Shown one piece after another: positions 37,818-49,161 of a stretch of DNA of 64,000 nucleotides. Position numbers and translations under genes: made by a program. The notes below the pieces were generated by a model. The model was not told where the DNA came from. It did not search any database and worked only from the letters and a program-made list of their open reading frames with translations. The stretch's first letter is position 1, and each line of letters starts with the position of its first letter. The stretch is from Leucoraja erinacea (Eukaryota), in contig NC_073393.1 in the NCBI RefSeq assembly GCF_028641065.1, positions 16,244,001 to 16,308,000 on the forward strand, read 5' to 3'.

Positions 37818-40225
37818 TAACCTCAACCTCACATTTATCCGCGGATTAAAACTTAATCTGCCATGCATCTGCCCACTCCCACAACCTGTCCAAGTCACAT
37901 TGCATTCTCATAGCATCCTCCTCATAGTTCACACTGCCACCCAGCTTTGTGTCATCTGCAAATTTGCTAATGTTACTTTTAATCCCTTCATCCAAGTCAT
38001 TGATGTATATTGTAAATGGCTGTGGTACCAGCACCAAGCCTTGCGGTACCCCACTAGTCACTGCCTGCCATTCTGAAAGGGACCCGTTAATCCCTACTCT
38101 AAGTTTCCTGTCTGCCATCCACTTCTCTATCCATATCAGCACTCTACCCCCAATACCATGTGCCCTAATTTTGCCCACTAATCTCCAATGTGAGATCTTA
38201 TCAAATGCTTTCTGAAAGTCCAGGTACACTACATCCACTGGCTCTCCCTTGTCCATTTTCCTACTTATATCTTCAAAAAATTCCAGAAGATTAGTTAAGC
38301 ATGATTTCCTCTTGTAAATCCATGCTCACTCGGACTGATCCTGTTATCGATATGTCCGGCTACCTCATCTTTTATATTTGACTCCAGCATCTTCCCCACC
38401 ACCGATGTCAGGCTAACTGGTCTATAATTCCCCGTTTTCTCTCTCCCGCCTATCTTGAAAAGTGGGATAACATTTGCTAACCTCCAATCCACAGGAACTG
38501 ATCCTGAGTCTATAGAACATTGTAAAATTATCACCAATGTGTCCACGATTTCTAGAGCCACTTCCGTAAGTACCCTGGGATGCCAACCATCAGGCCCTGG
38601 GGATTCACAGACATTATAATAGGCAACTCGTAGTCGATAAGGACCTAACGCTGGTAAATTGAATTGGAGTAGATGGAGAAATAGCTCGGATGGACTTGGA
38701 GGACCGGAAGGCTGTTCCTGTGCTGTGCAACTCTGAGACTCCAAGTAGCAATGTGTTCAGACCGTGTTTATGATAAGAAACGTTTCCAAGTGAATGTTCT
38801 TGAGACATATATTTCCTTGTCTTCTGCTATTGTAATGTGAATAGGTGGTAGGATTTGTGTTTTACTCTGGTAATATTTCGACACTAATTTTGTGACGAAG
38901 GTTAATTCCCGGGCTGGCGGGACAGTCATATGTTGAAAGAATGGAGTGGCTGGGCTTGTATACACTTAAATTTAGAAGGATGTGAGTGGATCTTATTGAA
39001 ACATAGAAGACTATTAAGGGATTGGACATGTTAGAGGGAGGAAACCTGTCCCGATGTTGGGGGAGTCCAGTACCAGGGGCCACATTTTAAGAATAAGGCG
39101 TAGGCCATTTAGAACGGAGATGAGGAAAATCTTTTTCACCCAGAGTTGTGAATCTGTGGAATTCTCTGCCTCAGAAGACAGTGGAGGCCGATTTTCTGGA
39201 TGCTTTCAAGCGACAGTTAGATGCAGCTATTAAAGATAGCGGAGTCAAGGGATATGGGGAGATGGCAGGTTGTGTATGATCAGCCATGATCACAGCGAAT
39301 GGCGGTGCTAGATCGAAGGGCCGAATGGCCTACTCCTGCACCTATTGTCTACTGTCTACTGACATTGCTTTATCATAATCTCCCAATACAATAACAGATG
39401 TTTACCTACCTCTTTAAAATCCAACATACGGTAACTAAAAACGTTAGCATTTATTGAGAGAGGATTGGAATATTAAAAAAAAAAGCAGGGATGTAATGCT
39501 TCATAAGGCAATGGTCAGACAGCGTTGGAGTATTGTAGACACGTAACCAGTGTTGACGAGAAGAGCGAAGATGGTCAAACATTGTGTGAATTGAGAAACG
39601 CAGCGTGGAGCTTCAACCTTTCTGTTACACGCAGAGATTTGATACAATAATAATACATATTTATTAAACATAATATCGACAAAAGTATAAAAATATATCT
39701 TCACAGTGAATGGGTTTTACCGCATGTTCTATTTGATATATATTACATTATGTTTCACCCCTCAATTATTTTCGGTTACCATTCCATTCCACCCTTATGT
39801 TCATCATAATATACACACAACGTATTAAAGGACATGGTGAATCGGTATTCCCACCTATTATATTCCATAATAAATACCTCCTTCTCCAATTATTTTTCGC
39901 TTACCATATACTATTAGACGTGATCCGGTTGAATTTCTTGGAACCATTCCTTTACGCGTCACCGAACACAGATACACTCCAGAATCTTGGATCGTTGCAT
40001 TCTTTAACTCAAAGTACCCGCTTGCTCGATCACTCACGCCAAAACGTTTCCTGCCGTCGGTACTTGTAAGTTGGTATTCACTCTCGCCCTGTTTCCACCA
40101 TTTGACTCTTACCCGAGATTGGTCTTGAGAAATGGGGAATATGCAGTAGAATTTGGTGTTCCCTCCTTTGTGTAAAATCACTTCTTTAGGCATTTGCTGT
40201 ACGTTGTACGAAATCTGTTCCCCGC
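32317..40225 (-). CDS. Gene 2: activating-type VJ-C1 IgSF receptor (Arg in TM, short Tyr-free tail), leader not found
   Basis: Four exons join in frame (intron phases 1,1,2). The V and C1 exons each differ from gene 1 by 6 aa, while the TM and tail exons are unrelated to gene 1. Confidence 0.82.
33443..33548 (-). CDS. Gene 2 TM exon ([36 protein letters not shown])
   Basis: ttatttctgcag| ... AAAAG|gtacgt. 106 nt, phase 1 to 2. Hydrophobic span with Arg at its N-terminal edge. Confidence 0.85.
33580..33616. repeat. (TG)n microsatellite in the intron just 5' of the activating TM exon acceptor (copy at ~62769-62804)
   Basis: Direct sequence. Confidence 0.95.
35359..35670 (-). CDS. Gene 2 C1 exon, 312 nt
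   Basis: ttccgcag|CAG... (NAGNAG acceptor) to CAA G|gtacaa. 6 aa differences from gene 1. Confidence 0.92.
35971..37470 (+). mobile_element. Rex1/Babar-clade LINE, 5'-truncated, in the gene 2 intron only
   Basis: [47 protein letters not shown], and a (cttga)n tail. Empty site at 17450/17458 in gene 1. Confidence 0.85.
39905..40225 (-). CDS. Gene 2 V(J) exon, 321 nt
   Basis: Same splice sites as the gene 1 V exon. 11 nt and 6 aa differences by manual alignment. Confidence 0.92.
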
Positions 40226-40691
40226 CTGTTAGGAAACACAGTCAAGGAAAGGTAATTCAGCTGACGGCGGCATACGGACGATAGACCTTACAATTAGTTT
40301 ATAAATAAGCACATGGAATAATGAACAAAGCTGTACCTATGTAAATATTCCTACCGACGATCAACAAGTTAAATATTATTCCGATTTCCATTCCGGCCAA
40401 CAGCTACAACTAATTTGTCCACAGAAAGCTGCTTTGGCAACTGTTAAGTGAGGGCGTGGTTTACATTCTATGAAGTATGATTCACATCCTGTAATAGGGG
40501 TTGCAAGTATCATTTGATCCCTTGGATTCGCTAATGTCTTCTAGAATCAAATCGGCCGCAGATAGCAGAGTGGTGAAAATTATAATTAAAAGGGTATTCT
40601 TCTTATTACGTCCTATCAGGGCGTGGTTTACATTATATGAAGGATGATTTATATCTTGTAACCGAGGGTTGCAAGAATCATTTGATCCGTT

Positions 40692-40781
40692 GGGGAATAT
40701 GCAGTAGGTATTGTTCACCCCCTTTGGATAAATCCACTTCTTCGGGCAGTTGCATTACGTTGAACGAAATCTGTTCAACAA
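40692..40781 (-). pseudogene. Truncated, frameshifted relic of another V exon 5' end
   Basis: Translates VEQISFNVMQLPEEVDLSKG/(fs)NNTYCIFP versus [30 protein letters not shown]. It keeps an AG acceptor and a homologous upstream intron. Confidence 0.8.
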
Positions 40782-42249
40782 CTCTTGCAAAACACTGTCA
40801 AGAAAAAGCAATGCTGTTAAATAAAAAACCGGCGTTTAGATGGTAGGTTAAAACATACAGTCTCGAGGACGAATTGCATTTAGCTCTACCAAGTTGAAAG
40901 CTAGCCAGAACTTTGTTTACAAATGAAGGCAGGTGGAAAATTGAACAACGCTTTACCCAGGAGAATGTTCCCAACGACAGGAGAAACATTACACTGGCTA
41001 GTGTTCTGATCAATATATTCAACTAAGTAGTCTGCAGAAATTCGCGTTTGCAACTGTTAAGTAATGACGTGTTGTATGGACATTGTACGAATGTTGATTC
41101 AAATCCGATAACTGAAAGTCCCATGGATAAAACGTATGCTAATGTCTATTACGTTCAGATCAGCCGCGGAAATTACACTGGAAGAAATTCTAATTTAGTT
41201 TTTAATTTTCTTACTATTGTCTTTACAACTTTGAAACTTTATATTTTTGGGGGGGTAATCGGAACGTGTGTTTGATGGTTCAGCATCAATGAGAAGGAGC
41301 ACTTTTACGTTGAAGCAATAAATGTGTGGAACATTGCAGGAAAAACCCCCACAAAATACGGAATGGTCGTTGTGCATGTACACTTTTAAGGGATCAGCTT
41401 CTAATAAGTACTATCGCATGATAAAAATCCTTGTATTGAACTACTTAAGTATCTATTCACATACGTGTAACGGATATATAAGAATAACATCTATTGAGGA
41501 CATATTTCCTAATATGTGAACATAGATAAATAATTTCATCAGCTTGGGATAAAATATTACATTCTCGTAGCTTGATCAGTCTCGAGTAATTTCCATTTTA
41601 TTGGTTTTGGTTATTTGGTCATTTGATATATTTCTATGACTTTAATTTGTAATTAATACGCATGCCGATTAAGAGTTATTTGTTTCCTTGTTTATAAAAG
41701 ATGGCCGATGAACGGGATCTCGTGAGCAATCCGTGTATGCCACAGTGAGAATAAAACCAGCATGTTGCCCGTTATTGTCCAAAAATGCATCAGCAATAAA
41801 GTTTTATAGTAAACTATTCGACGCAGACCGCTTACTTTGTCATTCAGATGTTGAAGCTGATCTGCAGGGATAGTTGATATTTATTAATCTATGCATTGTT
41901 CAACTTGTTTTTAATGAATTGTGAATATACTCCCATCAATATATTACGGTGACAAGAGAGCAGGAGATCATGCGACCATGTGTGGTAGTTAATATTTCCC
42001 AAGACACAATTTTGAGGAAATAAAGAAAGCATTCAGATTTTTGAAATCTAAAATGGAAACAAAATGACCCAAATATGCGTCATGTCAAGTCGCATCTAAC
42101 TTGGCCTATTCCACAGCCAACGGTGGACTATTGTGAGTGCCAAATTTCCTTGATTATTGTTGCTTTCAGCATCTCTTCCATAGATTTGCCCTATGTACCG
42201 TCTTTTTCTCTCATTCGCCTTTCCTGCTGCACTCCATGGAATAGAGACA

Positions 42250-45070
42250 TAGCCTACTCAACCTCTCCTTATAGCTCACACCCTCTAGTCCTGGCAACAT
42301 CCTGGTAAATCTTTTCTGGACCATTTCAAGCTTGACAATATCTTTCCACCTTTTTGACCACCTTATCTACTGCGACTCAACCTTCAATGAACCATGCACT
42401 TGTACTCCTAGATCCCTCTGCTCCACAACACTACCCAGAGGCCTACCATTTACTGTGTAGGTCCTGCCCTTGTTCCCAGTCCCAAAATGCAACACCTCAC
42501 ACTTCTCTGTGTTAAATTCCATTAACCATTTCTCCACCCACCTGGCCAATCAGTCCAGATCCTGCTGCAATCTTTCACACTCATCTTCATTATCTGCAAA
42601 AACACTAACTTCTGTATCATCAGCAAACTTGTTAATATTGCCCTGTATGTTCTCATCCAAATCATTGATGTAGAGTACAAACAGTAACGGGCCCAGCACC
42701 AATCCCTGCGGCACACCACAAGTCACAGTCCTCCAGTCCAAGAAGCAACCTTTCACCATCGCCCTCTGCTTCGGTCCATGGAGCCAATTTCCTATCCATC
42801 CACCTATGTCTCCTTGTATCCCCTGTGATCTAACCTTCCAGAGCAGCTACCATGCGGAACCTTGCCGAACGCTTTACTGAAATCCATGTACACATCTACA
42901 GATCTGCCCTCATTTATCTTTTTGGTCACTTCTTCAAAAAAATCAATCTGATTTGTGAGACACGACCTCCCACGTACAAAACCATGCTGACTATCCCTAA
43001 TCAAACCTTGCCCATCCAAATTCCTGTATAACCTCTTCCTCAGAATACTCTCTAATAACTTTCCAACTACAGATGTTAAGCTCACCGGCTTATAGTTCCC
43101 AGCATTTTACCCTGCAGCCCTTCTTGGAAAGAAGCACAATATTTTCCACCCTCCAGTCTTCCGGCACCTCTCCTGTATTTAAGGACGACTCGTCGATTTT
43201 AACGAGAGCTCCCACAATTTTTGTCTCAAGTTTCCCGCAATGTCCTCAGATATATCTGATCAGGCCCTGGAGATTTGTCTACCTTCATACATGACAGAAA
43301 CTTCAGTACTTCTTAGACAGTAACACTGACTGCTCTCAAGGCACTTCCATTGACTGCCCCAAGTTCCTCCGTCCTATTGTCTTTCTCCGAGGTAAATACA
43401 GAGGAGAAATACTCATTGATGACCTTGCCCATCTCCCGTGGCTCCACACAGTGGTGACCGCTTTGATTCCTGAGAAGTCCCATTCTCTTTCTAGTTACTC
43501 CTTTCCCCCTTACGTATTTATAAAATCTTTTGGGATTGTCCTTAATGCTACCCGCCAAAGCTATCTCCTGGCTCCTTTTTGCCCTTCTGATATCCTTTTT
43601 CAATTTACTCCTTACTTACCGGAACTCCTCCAGGAATGCACTTGTTCCAACTGCCAATACCTGCCCCATGCACCCTTCATGTTTTTGGCCAACGTCTCAA
43701 TTTCCGTCATCAGCCAGGCTTCCTTACCTTTGCCTGCTTTGCCCTTCACTCTAACGGGGACATATATATCCTGAGTTTTTTGTCAGCACACATTTAAAAC
43801 ACACATTTTAAAAACATGTTCCTTTCCCCTCAAATATCCAGCTCCAGTCAACTTGAGCGAGACCTTCTCTCATACCCTCAAAGCTGGCATTACCCCAGTT
43901 GAGCATTTTAACACGTGGATCCGCTCCATGGACCCTATCCATAACTATCTTTAATTAGCGATGGTACAAAACTTACCTTCAGCGGCGCTGCAGTTCTGCC
44001 ACTGGCAGTGTGCGCGACTTTGGCACCTTTGAGGGGGGGATTAAAATGTCGTTTTCTCCTGCCTGTCGGAGGTGAACTTCCTCGGGCTGCCAGCTGCTGC
44101 AGAACAATCGACTGGACTTCCATTCTCTATATGTTTTTTTTTTAAATCGAGGGACAATTTAATCGCTGGATTAAAATAAAAAGCTACTTCTAATGCCGTC
44201 AACGCCTACAACGTGACGGATCTCAAGTAGGGGACAAAACACTGGGTAAGTTGTTTATTTTACATATAAACTTGCTTCTTGGGGTGACTTCAATCAAAAT
44301 TTCCTTGGCAAAAATGTGGTTTTTGCCCCATACGAACTGATAGTGTTTTTCCTGCCAATATGGGGTTCAAATTCACCATGATCGCAACGTTCCAATCGAT
44401 CGCGTTCCACAAAAACCCACTCGATTTAAATGCCCATTAATTTACGGGAATTAAACATTAAATTCCTTCCATTTGGCCTATAAATTCATGACAATGAGAT
44501 TTTAAAATTATGTTATATTATGAATTCTTGTGTGAATGTTATTTGGACACTTAGGCTATTTAAAAATGTTAATCTTTTCTTAAGAAATGGATAGATGTTT
44601 AGATCTAGTAATTGAATTTTGTAATTAGCTACAATTAGGTAACAAACTAATTATATACCTTAATTTCAGGTCATCCAAGTAAGATTGTTTCATATTTGTC
44701 TCAGAATGTTTCAATCTAGAATAACTGAAAATTTAATTCAGTTCTCTTAATTTTTTTAAAAGTTATGGGCTTTTGACTGTCCTCGATCACAGCTTTTGAG
44801 TTAAGTCAATGGAAAAGCAATAGGGAGCAAGATGCTAATTTCAGAGTATGAAAATGGCCATAACTTTTTTAATACTGAAGATATGAAAGTGAGGTGTCAA
44901 ATTAAACTTCTTTTTATGCTTTATCTGATGGGATAAATTGCAGATTTGATTTTTTAAATCTCAAAATTTTGTAACATTGCTACTTTAACCTAATCGAACT
45001 GTGGTCACTGATCCCAAGTGGCTCCTCCACAAACACGTCATTAACTTGCCCTTCCCAATTTCCCAACAAT
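42250..45070 (-). mobile_element. CR1 (second subfamily) remnant interrupted by a DNA transposon
   Basis: [28 protein letters not shown]. The endonuclease motif LGISDHSSIRLK resumes at 44983. Confidence 0.85.
43956..44982. mobile_element. Non-autonomous TIR DNA transposon (possibly hAT-like)
   Basis: TIRs tagcgatggtacaaaa / ttttgtaacattgcta (14/16 match). Flanking ctttaat / ctttaac. It splits a CR1. Confidence 0.7.
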
Positions 45071-45399
45071 ATCATAAATACCATAATGCATGGAGATAAA
45101 TTAACAGAAGAAATATTGAAACACAAATAAATATAAGAGAAAAGGAATGTAAGCGATACAGACAACTGAAGTCCTTTAAGGTATTAATATTATTCACATC
45201 TAAGATACGAGATCAAATAATTTTGTTTATATAATCTATCTACCCTATTTTTCTGTCAAGTAGTAAACTTTGGTCCAATATGTTAAATCAATTTGCAAGG
45301 AACAGAACATGAACTGACCATTTCAGATCCACTTCCAAGCAATAAGAAAGACGTTAATTCGCAATTTGGTGAAGTCCTTCTACAGAGTTCCCGCTTTCT

Positions 45400-47170
45400 C
45401 TACACTATATGCCCCCCCATTTATCTTCATATCATCTGAAAACTTGGCCACAAAGTCTTCAATTCCCTAATCCAAATCATTGATATACAACGTGAAGAGT
45501 AACGGCCCCAGCACCGACCTCGATGGGACACTGCTAGTCACTGGCAGCAAAATCCCCCTTTATTGCCACTCTCTGCCTCCCATCATCCAGCCAACTTGCT
45601 ATCCACGCTTGTATCTTCCCTCTGATACCATGGTTATCCAATCTTCTTTAACAGCCTCACGTGTGGCACCTTATCAAAGGCCTTCCGAAAATCCAGGTTA
45701 ACAACATCCACTGACTCTCCTTTGTCGATCCTGCGATTTATTTACTCAAAGAATTCCAAAAGGCTCGTCAGACAAGATCTCCCTTTCACAAAACCATGCT
45801 CACTTCATCCTATTTTATTGTGTGTTTCTAAGTACTCAGAAATCTTATCCTTTATATTGGACTCCAAAATCTTACCATACGCTGAAGTCAGGCTATAGTT
45901 TTCATTCTTCTTCTTTGTTCACTTCTTGGACAGTGGAGTAATATTCACAATTTTCCAATCATCTGGAACCACTCCTGACTAGGGTGATGCTTGAATGATC
46001 ACTACCAGAAACATAGAAAATAGGTGCAGGAGGAAGCCATTCGGCCCTTCGAGCCAGCACCACCATTCATTGCGATCATGGCTGATCGGCCCCAATCAAT
46101 AACCCGTGCCTGCCTTCTCTCCTTATCCACTAGCCCTCTATCTAACTCTCTCTTAAATCCATCAAGTGATTTGGCCTCCACTGCCCTCTGTGGCAGGGAA
46201 TTCCACAAATTCACAACTTTCTGGGTGAAAAAGTTTTTTCTCACCTCAGTCTTAAATGGCCTCCCCTTTATTTTAAGTCTGTGGCCCCTGGTTCTGGACT
46301 TGCCCAACATTGGGAACATTTTTTCTAGCTTGTCCACAATTGCCTCCACATTTTTAAAGCCAACTTGTTCAGAAGCCTGAGGTGCAGTCCAGGTGACTTA
46401 GCAAACTTCAGACCTTTCAGCTTCCCAAGCACCTTCTCCTTAAAGCCCTGTCCCACGGTATGAGTTCATTCCAAGAGTTCTCCCGAGTTTTGCCCCGATT
46501 CGAACTCGGATATTTACGGTATTGGCCACTCGTCGGTACTCGGGGCTGTCGTGGACATGTTTTCAACATTTTTCCGCCAAGCGATGTCCCCGAGCTCCGA
46601 CATACCCGCTAGGTTCATTCTCCGTGCTTACCACGAGTTTGATTTTTTTTTAAAACTCGGGAGAGCTCTTGGAATGAACTCGTACCGTGGGTCAGGGCTT
46701 TTAGTAATAACCATTCCGCTAACTTCCACCCCTGACTCTCTTGAATTTCCGGCATGCTGCTGGTGTCTTCCACCGTGAAAACTGATGAAAAAAAAAAGTA
46801 TTTAATTCATCTGCCATTTCTTTATTCCTCATTATCACCTCTCCAGCATAATTTTCCAGAGGTCCAATATCCACTCTTGCCTCCTTGTGACACTTCATAG
46901 ATCTGAATAATCTTTTACTGTTCTCTTTTATATTACTGGCTGGCTTACTTTTATATTTCAACTTTTCTCCCCTTATTGTATTTTTAGTTACCTGCTGTTG
47001 TTTTTGAAAAGGTTCTCAATCCTCTACCTTCCCACTAATCTTTGTAATGTTTTCTGCCTTCACTTGTTTAGCTTTATGCTGTCTTTGACTTCCCTTGTCA
47101 GTCACAGTCGCCTCATTCTCCCTTCAGAATCTTCCTTCCTCTTTGAAATGAAAAGGTCCTGTATCTTCCG
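45400..47170 (-). mobile_element. Decayed CR1 fragments with a nested CR1 3' end (~46010-46335)
   Basis: RT and endonuclease-region motifs, plus MFPMLGKSRTRGH...WNSLP. Confidence 0.75.
46443..46700. mobile_element. PIF/Harbinger-type MITE
   Basis: ~48-bp TIRs aagccctgtcccacggtatgagttcattccaagag... and a TTA target duplication on both sides. Confidence 0.8.
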
Positions 47171-49161
47171 AATTGACTTGGGAAAATTGTAAATTGTCTC
47201 TAGTGTGTGTTGTATATTGTGCAGGGATTGCATGGACTCGAGGGGCCTAAGGGCCTGTTTCCGCATTGAATCTCTAAACTAAACCTTGTAAAACAAAAAC
47301 AGATGAGCGTCAGCTGAGCAATTTAAAGAACTTCATCAATGAACTGATTGCCAATTAATGACAGCATCAGTTATACATTCCAAACAGATTGCTGGATGAG
47401 TGGTGTCCAACTATGCCTCTTACTTTCAAGTTGTCGAAGATGTTTCAATTCTACATAGAACTCTGGCTGGAAAATAAGACCAAAAATGAACAGCTTACAC
47501 TGGGTGGCGCTATAGTTCACTTCCTCGTGCGACCGGTTTATGTCTTCCAAGTTGCGTTGGAAATGAGTTTCCTAATACCAACAAAAAAGAGAACAAAAAT
47601 CTAAACAATAAGTTGGTAAAAGAACATCTCCACAGAGCATTTAACTTGACATGTGCTCTAACCTGATGTCAAATATAAATATTTTTTAAACTGCTGCTTT
47701 TACAAATCTGAAATAAAAGCACGACATTCTGGAACTATTCATGAAAAGAATGAAAAGATGCCAGTCAAATATGTTAATTCCGTCTCTCTCTCTCCACAGA
47801 TTCCGCTGAATATCCCCAGCACAATATATTTTGGTTCCTGATGCCAGCCTTCCAGAACACAGATTTTGAGGACGAGGTTCTCCCAGGTTGTGAAGGTTGT
47901 AAGGCTTTTCCCTAGTCTTGAACATACACTGGATTTGATTAGGTAATTCAAATTCTCACCAATGGGAGCACCACAACATGTTAATGGAATAGTTGGACAT
48001 TGTACTTTCAATGTAGCAAGTGTCACTTTCAGTCTTGGCCTGACACACTGATGCCTGAATTTTGGCCTGATTGCTCCAGTGATATATAAGAACCTTCATT
48101 GACATACAATGAAGCACAAATCTTATTCAACTTCTTTTTGCGTATGGCCTAAAGTTGTAGGACAACTTGTTCTATTTGTTCTTATTTGATTGTGCACGCC
48201 AGGTTGATTACATTTGTTGAAACAGGGCGGACCACGTGAATGTTGCAATCATTTTGCACTGTAACAACTGTTGCTTGCAAGATGACAATAAAGGTTGATT
48301 GATTGATTGATCTAAAGCCTTGTACAATCTCCCTCCGTTCTGCAAGGTTTGCCAAGTCAGGGACATAACTTTCTTTGATGTCACTGGTGACTTTTTCCCC
48401 CCTTGATTGCCCCGGAGTTCACATTTACCAGGGCTCTTTCATGCCCTAAACAAATATTGCCTTAATGTCAAGAATACTCATGCTGATCTCTGTAATTCCT
48501 TTCTTTTTCAACCAGGCCATGGTAAGATCTGGAGCTGAGCAATCCTGGTGATAGTCAAATTGGGAGCAGGTTATAGGGGAGTAAATGCAGCTTGATAGCA
48601 GTGTGGCTGTCACCTTCCATCACTTTGCTGATGATTGATGATAGACTGATGAGGTGGTAATTAACGGGATTGTAGTTATCGTGCTTTTTAGTTGTTGCAG
48701 GGAGACCTGATTGAAGTATATAAAATAATGCGAGGCAAAGTTAGGCAGGCAGAATCTTTCTCCCATGATGGAAATATCAAATGCTAGAGGGCACAACTTT
48801 ATGGTGAGAGGTTCAAGTTTAAAGTAGATCTGCGGGCGAGTTTTTTTATTCAGAGGGGGATGAGTGCCTGGAACATGCTGCCCGGGGTGGGGTGGGAGAT
48901 CGCAACCTTCACGTGGTCCACCCTGTTTCGACGAATGCAATCAACCTGGCGTGCACAAACAGAAGATCAAACAGAACAAGTTGTCTAAGGAGAAGCTGCT
49001 CGGGCGGTGGTAGTGGAGGCAGATGTGATGGTGGCATTTAATAAACTTTTGGATAGGCATATGGATATGTAAGGAATGGAATAATATGAATTATGTGCAG
49101 GCAGCTAAGAATTGATCTTGGCATCATGTTTTGTACAAGGGCCTGTACCTTTACTGTACTA

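Larger units (their letters stand above)
34753..40253. repeat. Segment near-identical to 16218-20960 (shared V-C1 ectodomain block)
   Basis: Homology starts abruptly at tgaatcctcctaattgaagac (16218/34753). High identity runs to ~19490/39540 and again over 20594-20960/39887-40253. Confidence 0.9.

Noticed and set aside
44980-45165. Hydrophobic ORF as the gene 2 leader
   Set aside because: It has no ATG start, its only donor is phase 0 and weak, and its 3' part is CR1 sequence.
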